Shown here: positions 54,625-64,000 of the stretch, in pieces
How the letters are laid out: each line of letters starts with the position of its first letter
How positions within the stretch are numbered: the first letter of the stretch is position 1
From: Octopus vulgaris
Lineage: Eukaryota
Assembly (NCBI GenBank): GCA_951406725.2
Contig: OX597818.1
Location: forward strand, 146,444,001 to 146,508,000
Reading direction: 5' to 3'
Length of the DNA stretch: 64,000 nucleotides
Translations under genes and position numbers: made by a program
Notes under the pieces: generated by a model
What the model saw: only the letters and a program-made list of their open reading frames with translations
What the model was told of the DNA's origin: nothing
Database searches by the model: none

Positions 54625-54687
<63 letters not shown>
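54461..54687. repeat. (AAT)n/(GAT)n microsatellite
   Basis: Directly visible. Confidence 0.97.
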
Positions 54688-54688
<1 letters not shown>

Positions 54689-55056
54689 AGTGGTCAGAGT
54701 TGAGGTTGGGAATGTTGGCATTAAGATAACATTATAGCGTGGAGATTTTCGTATTGCATGAAATATCAATGAATTGAATTATGATGAGAATTTGAAACGT
54801 TGGTATTTCATGCGATAAACAAGACAAGTACCTTCGTTAATGTCATTTGTTTGCCTCGTATTCAAGAAAAGTTCAGACATTAACAAGAGCACTAAGTGGA
54901 GTGTCTTTAGAGAAGGAAGACGTAGGGAATTTTAGAAAACATTAGCGAACACTATTATGCGTGCTGGTGCAGGCAGTACGTGTGGGAATAATCTACTTCA
55001 TATTGTTTTCTACTCATTAACATTTTTGTTGTTTTAGAGCAAAGAATGTACATATG

Positions 55057-55129
<73 letters not shown>

Positions 55130-55134
55130 TGATA

Positions 55135-55221
<87 letters not shown>
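55057..55221. repeat. (GATA)n microsatellite
   Basis: Directly visible. Confidence 0.97.
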
Positions 55222-55222
<1 letters not shown>

Positions 55223-55436
55223 TGATGCAAGTAAACACGCTTGGGCTTGATACATGAAATATACCATATATATAAATACCTGTGAACATAGAGAGATAAA
55301 AACTAAAAATATTCATCAGATGAGCATGTAGATATATATATATTTACAGAACAAATTTACGTGGAGTACAAAAAGTATCATAGCCTCTCCCCTTAGCTGT
55401 CTGTATTTTTGTACTTCGTATAAATTTGTTTTATAA

Positions 55437-55684
55437 AGGCGTGGGTGTGTGAAGCTTGTGTGGGAAGCTTGTTTCCCACGCACATGGTTTCGAATTTAGT
55501 CCCACTGAGTAACACCTTGGGCAAATATCAGCTGCTATAGTCTGGAGCCGACCGAATCCTTGTGAGTGGATTTGATGGATATATATATATATATGTTTCT
55601 ATGCATCGATGTGTGTTGTGTGTGTGTGTGTATATGTGCGTGCGTGTGTGTGTGTGTGCGTGCGTGTGCGTGTGTGTGTGTGCG

Positions 55685-55734
<50 letters not shown>

Positions 55735-55935
55735 TACCACCACCACCCCTTGACAACAAAGTAATTATCATCTACAATAGCTTTGGGCCGACTAAATCCT
55801 TGTGGATGGATTTCGTTGACGGAAACTGAAAGAAGCCTGTCGTATATAATGTGTGTGTGCATGCGTGCGTTGTGTGTATGAGTGTGTGTGTGTGTGTATG
55901 TGTTTGTGTGTGTGTGTATGTGTGTGTGTGTGTAC
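55437..55935 (+). mobile_element. SINE family A, 5' part with duplicated central segment and (TG)n tracts
   Basis: ggcgtgggtgtgtg..caccttgggcaa..gccgac..aatccttgtg; the latter segment recurs at 55775-55845. Confidence 0.75.
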
Positions 55936-58204
55936 TGAACCACAAAAGAAACGTCGCATACATACTAAATAGGAACAGGTTTACTAACAGACTGCCATTG
56001 ATTGAAGAGTGCTAATTAAGAAATGATAAAACGCATTACAAACACTATTAAGCGTAGTACATAGTTGGTATTTTTATTTTATTAACCCCCCAAATGTGAG
56101 AGACAAAACCGACCTCCGAAGGATTGGAAATCAGAATAAGAGCTGGAATGAATATTACATTCCGAGTTGTCAAGCGCTCCAGCTGTTCGGGCAGTCTATT
56201 GTCTTAATCATAATGACAATAATCGATTTCTTGACGCAGATTCATTGCCTACGTTGGAGGATGAGTCTCTTATTTGAGCAGTTCCGAACCGACATTTTAT
56301 TCTATCGATCCCAAACGTTTCTGTCAATAATGATACTTTTTTTTTATAGAACCACTGAGGACAATTTAATACAATTTTTCCATACATACAAGTACGAAAT
56401 CTTAAGTCTTGATGTTGACAAAACGTGACAAAGAACAAGCAAATTACAGGCAAGGGAGACAAAAGATTAAATTATTTTTAAATAATTGTCGAATAGTAAA
56501 ACACAATAAATAAAATTTTCATGAAAGTACAAACATTTAGGGTTTCCCGCCCACATATATTTGAGAGTCCATTAGTTTGGTTTGGGTAAAGTATCACATG
56601 ACTCAGCTCTTTCACAACTGCTGATGCAGAAGCACGGTACACCACAAAGAACCTGACACGGTACACGAAGTAAGATACATCCCACTTCTTCAGGAATCTT
56701 TAGCTCAACTTGATTAATTTTTGCTGGGATTTTAAAAAGAATTCCATCTCCGTTGTGCTGTTTGTGTTCAGATCCCTTTTTCTTTTAGCTTATCATTTGT
56801 TTTATTCCCTAAGTCCGTTACGTGTTCCAGGAAGGGTTTGTTGATTTTGTTTTCGAATGAACATGAATTTTATGTTGCGTTTTACTCACCTTTATGTCCG
56901 GTTCGTCCTTACTTCTGTCTTTGGCTCTCTTCCAACATTTTCTTTCCAGTCGCATTCCACTCCTTTCCGACTTCTGTCGCTTTCCCAATGTCACAAATCA
57001 ACTTGGAAGAATGAACTGGTGTTCCCTCGTCAGCTTCTGGGATGGGGGATCACAGATTTTCCGGCCCCTTGTGTATTTGAAGTTGGCATTTGCTGTTGTT
57101 TCTCTGCTGAACCACACTCCTCCCCCTATCTCTCTTACATTGGTTTCTTTCTTCAGGATAATATTCAATTTCAAATATTCCACACCATTTCCTGCGCTTG
57201 CAAAGGTGACATCGTTACATGATGTCGCGTAAATATTTCCGCTTACCCCAGACTGTCTGCATGTGTCAGTAGTGTTACTGTCGATGTTGTTGTTAGCCAT
57301 ATTTCCATTTGCAGTGTTGCACTTTTGCACTTTTGCCTGGAAACTATTATTTTCCTTTTGTTTATTTCTCCATTAATATCTTTCTGTGCAATCAAATTAT
57401 TATTTTCTTGTTCCCTGTTTTATGTCGTTCGTCGTCAATTTTCTTTTGGCTGGAGCTGTGTCCCGGGACAGTAGCAGCCAATTTTCTTTGTATAGACAAC
57501 GCGAAGTAATAAATTTTTTCTAAAATTATTTTTTATACAAATCTTATTTTTAATTTATTTATATTTTTTTACTGTTTTGTAAACACAGTATTTTGTAATT
57601 GTAACTGGAATTTAATAAACAATGTAAAGAAACGATAAACGATAACAATACTGATTACGATAGCAATAATGATTACGATAACAACGTCAACGGTAACAAC
57701 AACAATAACAACAATAACTCTAATGCACATGCACGTAGTTTGGCAACCGAAAGAGTATAAAAATATAAATGGTATTTCAGTAAACAAAATTATCGTAAAC
57801 AAATTTGATGACATTTAATAACATTTGTAGGTGCTCTCGCGCGCACACACTCGCACACATACGCACACATGCATACACACTCGAACACATACGCAAACAT
57901 GCACCCACATATACACACACACACCATCATCACAGAAAATGTCTTGAATCTAGGACAAAATCCATCTTTAGCAAACTTACTCTAAAGAAAAAATATGTTT
58001 AATATAGAAAATATGAGAGAATTTCTTTTGCGATACTTTTTCGCGAAAGCAGTTGTTTCTCTGCTCGAAGATTATCGCCTAAACACAACACGTTTTTGAC
58101 TTGCACTTAGTTAAAGCCACAGGATCTTTCAAGGTATTCACTTTAGAACAATTAGGGGTGAGTGCTGCCGGCACATTGGAGCAAAATCTACTTAATGAGA
58201 AGGA

Positions 58205-58622
58205 AAGCACGATATGCAACGTTTTTAAAACTGAACACAGAACGAGAACATAAGTTTTTGCATAAAACCCCTGTCTACAGACTTATCCTTGCACGTGGTA
58301 GGTGTTGAAAGAAAGGTTCTGCAGCTATTTTAGATTCCAGAACTGGTCCCGGTGTTGTTTTAAAAACGGCAACTTTGTGGTTTGCCGTTGCTCTTGTACC
58401 TGTTGTTTTATTACTTGCAGCACAACTGGATCGAAAGCACTCAAATAACATTTACTGTACATATGTTAACAGCTTAAATTTCTGGCCTGAATCCTCAGTT
58501 GCAGAACCATTCTTTCAGCACCTACACATGCAAGGATAAGTCTGTAGACAGGGGTATTATGTAAAAACTTAGCTTATGCTCTCGTTCTGTTTTCAGTTTT
58601 AAAAACGTTGTATATCGTGTTT
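58205..58622. mobile_element. Fold-back element with ~120 bp inverted arms and a degenerate hammerhead-like spacer
   Basis: 58205-58326 is a diverged reverse complement of 58497-58622; the spacer contains GGTCC...GGATC-GAAA-GCA-CTC. Confidence 0.78.
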
Positions 58623-58680
58623 ATTAGACACTAAGCTCAAAATGCCCTGACATCAACTTTACCTATCATCCTTTTAGGGA

Positions 58681-59372
58681 TGTAACGTGTAGCCATCTTC
58701 AAATAGTTCCGCCAATTTGTGGTAGCTGGCATTATGACGTAATGTCGTATTGCCGAAGAAATATGATTGTTGTTTTCCCATTGGTTGAAATAACTGCTCA
58801 GATAGGAATTCTGAAAATTAGTTAAAGAATATTTTTATGTGATTTTGATACTTTAAAGTCAAGTTGAGCAGTTATAAAAACCCTGGATTTTGGGGAGAAC
58901 TTTAGTGTTTGTGGGATGTAACTAAACTCCACGACACTCACTCCTTTGAGACGTAAATTTTAAGTCGTAATTCTCTATGCCAAAATTACTTTACTTCAAA
59001 TTGTATTATAAATATTAAAAATGCAAAACGTACATAAATAAAATAAAGTAGTAATTATTTTCTCTTTTTTTCACGTTCTTCAACTTATTAATGAAATGTA
59101 TTTCTGTAATTATGAAAATGTATTTTTTATAACGGTTAAAAGAACACGAAATTATTTATATTCACCATACATGCACGCATAAAATGTCTGTTAACGTTTC
59201 AGAAAATATATTTCTCACTATGACGTTTATGTAGCTGGAGTCAGGATTTACGTATAATGGTAACACTTATAAGCAAGTTGTAAGTGATGGGTTTTTCAAT
59301 ATACATCCCTACTTCAAAAGTTAAATACATTTATCCATTTCCAAATAGGAAACATATAAAAGTAGCGTTACA
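58681..59372 (+). mobile_element. LTR (solo or orphan) of a Gypsy-type element
   Basis: Ends TGTAACG...CGTTACA; internal ATTGG (reverse CCAAT), TATAAAA and AATAAA in order; homologous to 16498-17230. No TSD is evident. Confidence 0.8.
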
Positions 59373-59589
59373 CTAACAGTAAACAAACCAACCAGAAAAT
59401 TTCCGCTATAGAGACGATAAAATAAAGTATCAGTCAAGTACTGGGATCGATGTCATCAAATAGACCCGCTTGTGGAAGAAAGAATTATTAAGGCAGCCAG
59501 TTGGAAGAACTGTTAGCGAGGTGGACAAAATGCAATCGACAATGACCTTCCCCAAATATTGCTAGCCTTGTGCCAAGATCTGAAACCAT

Positions 59590-59635
<46 letters not shown>

Positions 59636-59705
59636 GCTGCTGCTGCTAGTAGTAGTAGTAGTAGTAGTAGTAGTTGTCGTTGTTAGTGTCGTTGTTGTCG
59701 TTGTA
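59590..59705. repeat. (CTA)n/(CTG)n/(TAG)n/(GTT)n compound array, partly self-complementary
   Basis: Directly visible. Confidence 0.9.
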
Positions 59706-60189
59706 CAAACCCAGTCGAACTTCAAAAATAAAACAACCTTTGTTACCTCTAATTATTCTCTCTGATCGATGGTTTCTTACGCAAGAAACGCCGAAATTAT
59801 ATTCTCTTCTTCCCCTCTTCCTACTTCCTGATCTTCCTAATCTACAGCTCTACTTCCTCGCACTACTCCTATTCTCCTCTCCCCTTCTTCCTGAGACTTC
59901 CAACAAAATCAATAGAGCACTTGGCGCTACGCACTGAGGTGGTGCTTACTAGACGTTATTTATACCTTGTTAGATAAAATCTAACCAATGTGAATATGTA
60001 TCTGGTGTCTGCTGGCACTGTGTCGATGAAGAGAGGACTTATTAATACATTTCGTTTGCGTGTCTGTGATTGCATACGAGTGTATATGCAGACGGGTGCG
60101 CTCACTCGTTGGGCGTGCGCACTTAGGTTTGCAACTGTTCTATCTCGATGTATGACTTTAGGTAAACACAGGCATTTATGTATTGACAC

Positions 60190-60245
<56 letters not shown>

Positions 60246-60841
60246 ATTATATACGTATCTATGTATTCGTGTGAGTGACGTGAATATATATACACATATA
60301 AAGTTTTGCATATATATATATATATATATTATATGTGTATGTAGGCATATGCATATATACATGCATGCATGCATTCATACATGCATACATACATACGTGC
60401 ATACATACATACATATACATATTTATGTATGCAGGTGTTTGTGTGCGCCGGGACTTATGCATATACGTTGGTATATTTCTAAGTGTCAGTACACTTATAT
60501 GTAGACGCATATGTCTGTTGATAGATGCCAAATCGGTAAAAGTCGATAATATATTGATCTGACCTGATCGAAATTATTAATAAATGCGCCAAGATTACAG
60601 TGTTAAAAAAGAATAATTTGAAGGCAGACTGAGCCAAGCAAAAGTGGAGATGGAGATAGCGACAACAAGAGAAGAAATACAGGAAGGTTTGGAATGATGG
60701 ATGTAGAGAAAAATAGTGTGTGTGTGTGTGTGTGTGTGTGCGTGTGTGCGTGTGTGCGTGTGTGTTTATGTGTGTGTGCGTGCGCGTGTGTGAAAGAGAG
60801 AGATAGATGCATTGAGAGGTAGACAGACGGATTGATTGCCA

Positions 60842-60897
<56 letters not shown>

Positions 60898-61726
60898 CGT
60901 ATTCATGAGGAACAGCTTTCCTTTCTAACATATGTATGGCTTTCAAAATACAGACTATGTTCTAGTTTTATCTTTATTACTAATACTGCTCTCATATTTC
61001 CTCCCTCGTTCGTCAGTGTTAGTTTGGACGAGTAAATTCTCCTAAACTCACTGGCGGAATATCACATTCATTTACACTAAATGCATTATTTAGCAACCTG
61101 CTGTTGCGATTTGACTATCAACATGCATACAAGAAATTGACACCAGCAGAACCCATCGACAGAAGAGCATCAGTTTCCCCAGCACCACCACCAAAACGAA
61201 ACCATAAACAACGAAATGCACAGAATAAAACACATTAGTCAATAATAGCCACGCAAAGAAAGTATTTGGCCAAACTATAGAATATTCCAGAAGCAATTTA
61301 ATACAGTAAATACTGCAAACATTACACATAATAAATAAAGATATATGACGCTAAATGTGATCCGCGAATCATTTATTTACTATTATAAAAAAATTGCTAT
61401 AATATACATGAATATTTCATAAATTTTTTTTAAAAAGTGAATACAAAATACAAGGCACCTAATCAAATGCTAACAATGAAAGTATTCAACAGTAATTAGG
61501 TAAAACTCCACCAGGACATGGGGCAGAAATTGCCCGACACGCAATCATCTAGTCAACATATTTCGCAACATTTCTTCTAGTTGGAACTATCTGTACACAC
61601 CTCAACCATGGCCATAGGTTTTTATATATTATATATTTTTGCATGCAATGTAAAAGTGTTAACTCTTAGATTTATTCCTAGACTTTACACTTCATTCATT
61701 GTCTTTCCCAATCACTCTATAAATAT

Positions 61727-62050
61727 TAGTTTCAAATTTTGGCATAAGGCCAGCAATATTTTTTTGGGGGTGGTGGGTAAGTCAATTACATCGACCCCAG
61801 TACTCAACTGAGACTTATTTTATCGATCCCGAAAGGATGAAAGGCAAAGATGACCTCGGTCGAATTTGAACCCAGAAGGTATAGATGGACGAAATGCCGC
61901 TAAGCATTTTGCCCGGCGTACTAACGATTCTGCCAGCTTGCCGCCTTAACACTCTATTGATATTAATTCTTTCTACTAAACACACAAGCATTGAAATTAG
62001 GGGGAAAGGGACTAGTCGATTACATTGACCCCAGTGTTTTACTGGTACTT
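61727..62050 (-). mobile_element. SINE family B plus a second partial tail
   Basis: ttttatcgatcccgaaaggatgaaaggcaaag...ctgccagcttgccgcctt. Confidence 0.88.
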
Positions 62051-62253
62051 ATATCTGCTAATATTAATAACAGAATTTAAGAATAATAGCGTTGAAAGGC
62101 AATTTACCAATAACATGTCACAATACAAATCATTTAGGCATTAAACCTACTACAAATGATCTATATAATTACTGCAAACATGAAGTGTAAACTTCACGAG
62201 TGAAACCGAGTTATTGGCCATTAAAATGTAACATTTTCGTGTTGGCCAATGTA

Positions 62254-62819
62254 TTGGGTTGTCCGGAAAGTTCATGCCGATTTTTAAAGGAAAGAAAAAG
62301 GTCAATAAATACTTGCCATTACATTTTTAATCAACCAAATATGAACTATTTTGTTGCACAATGCGTCTCCATCTTTTCTTTAACTTGAAAATACCCTCTT
62401 CCCTGAATTGAGGTGGTTTCATGGCAAAGAATTCATCAAGGTATCTTTTTACGTAGTCCAAGGAATTGAAATTTTTACCATTAAGTCTATTCTGCAGAGA
62501 CCAGAATAAGTAGAAATCCGAAGGAGCAATATCTGGTGAATATGGAGGGTGGGGTAACACATCCCAGCCGAGCAACAGCAATTTTTGTCTGGTTCCCAAA
62601 GCATCAAGTGCCGAAAATGAACTTTCTTATCTTCCATTTTAAAGAGTTACAGAATTACCACAAGTTATAGGAACATAAACCTTCTTCCACGAAAAGATAG
62701 CTGAAACTGTGCTCTAAATGGAGATGTAGTCAAATCCTATTTTATGGACTCAACCATGTTCTAAAATAAGTCGAAAGGTAAGCTACTATAAATCATCACG
62801 AACCTTCCGGACAACCTAA
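62254..62819 (-). mobile_element. Internally deleted mariner element (566 bp) with both TIRs and TA TSD
   Basis: TA-TTGGGTTGTCCGGAAAGTTC...GAACCTTCCGGACAACCTAA-TA; N-terminus MEDKKVHFRHLML joined to C-terminus LPHPPYSPDIAPSDFYLF. Confidence 0.93.
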
Positions 62820-63317
62820 TACTTACAATGCAAATCAGTTGCATCACACTGCATATCACTGCATCGTGCAGCCTAAAACTGATTATAGCAGGAAAACTTT
62901 AGCAAACAATGCTTCTGTCTTAGACAGCTCTTCCCAGGGGAAACTAAATGATCAGTTATTGAAGTAATATTAATAGTTCAGCTGAAGGCATAAATGAATA
63001 CACGTTGCAGGAATACATGGTCAGGTTTATGGAATTCTAATTTCTCTGTAAGTCTCTTGTCCCATGATAACATATCTATGTGGAATGGTGGAATACACGG
63101 TGTATATATATATATATATATATATATAACAAAAACTATTTTATATATATATATATATATATCGGAGGTCCGAAGTTTCTGTCGCCACAGTGACGAAGCT
63201 AAGACACGCATCGTAAATATGTTTGGCAAAGATTGACCTTGGACTCTACTGTGCATGCGCACTAAGATCTAATGTTGTAGTTCCCTTCCACTGCTTACAG
63301 TAGTGCTTGTAAGGAAG

Positions 63318-63319
<2 letters not shown>

Positions 63320-63383
<64 letters not shown>

Positions 63384-63399
63384 GTAAATGAATATATAT

Positions 63400-63431
<32 letters not shown>

Positions 63432-63601
63432 GTAAATGAATATATATATATACATATATACATATAAATCCTGAAGATTTCTCTTGAATGAAACAGTTCT
63501 AGTCCTGTAGAAGCTCCTTCTATATAATAAATTAATTTTACTCTGCTATGTATTGAGTACCTTATTTACTGTGGTTAACCCCGAATCAACCCGGGACCTA
63601 C

Positions 63602-63633
<32 letters not shown>

Positions 63634-63671
63634 ATATATACATATATATATATACATATATATATATACAC

Positions 63672-63756
<85 letters not shown>

Positions 63757-63786
63757 TATATATATACATATATATATATATATACA
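63320..63786. repeat. (TA)n-rich microsatellite blocks
   Basis: Directly visible. Confidence 0.9.
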
Positions 63787-64000
63787 GATTTCTTCAGCTT
63801 GTGTTCTAATATACTTTTAAGTAATTATCATCTTTTGGAATTAATGCCGCTTTATTAATTATTTTTGAATAAACCCACTGTCTATTTGAGATACCGGTGT
63901 ATGATTAGGAATTTGGATTCTCTATATATATATTGCTAACCGAGAAATCAGTTTTCGGACGTCTGTCTAATGAAGGCCGAATGCATGTGATCTAGTAGTC

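Noticed and set aside
63465-64000. Hammerhead-like motifs at 63470 (CTGAAGA..GAAA) and 63967 (CTAATGAAGGC)
   Set aside because: The first lacks stem I; the second has a variant core and is cut by the window edge.

Overview
AT-rich, repeat-saturated eukaryotic non-coding DNA, most likely from an octopus or other coleoid cephalopod. That assignment is inferred from the two abundant tRNA-derived SINE families and the extreme microsatellite density. No intact host gene can be supported, and almost all listed ORFs are translations of microsatellites. The recognisable coding remnants are all transposon-derived. They include three Penelope-like retroelements (RT and GIY-YIG), two mariner elements, a near-complete DD37D (maT) transposase, a MULE transposase, and a Gypsy integrase with a matching LTR family. 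There are also internally deleted L1/Tx1-like and R4/Dong-like LINEs and a hAT MITE. The most interesting signal is a set of minimal type-I hammerhead ribozyme motifs in three contexts. One lies at the 3' end of a tRNA-headed SINE-like element (14715-15041). Others sit inside short fold-back elements, mostly next to (TA)n tracts (3175-3547, 40915-41322, 41961-42705, 58205-58622). The third context is a Penelope pLTR family whose core departs from the canonical CUGANGA. Together they suggest several non-autonomous, ribozyme-carrying, Penelope-dependent elements. All calls were made by eye, and coordinates of degraded elements are approximate.
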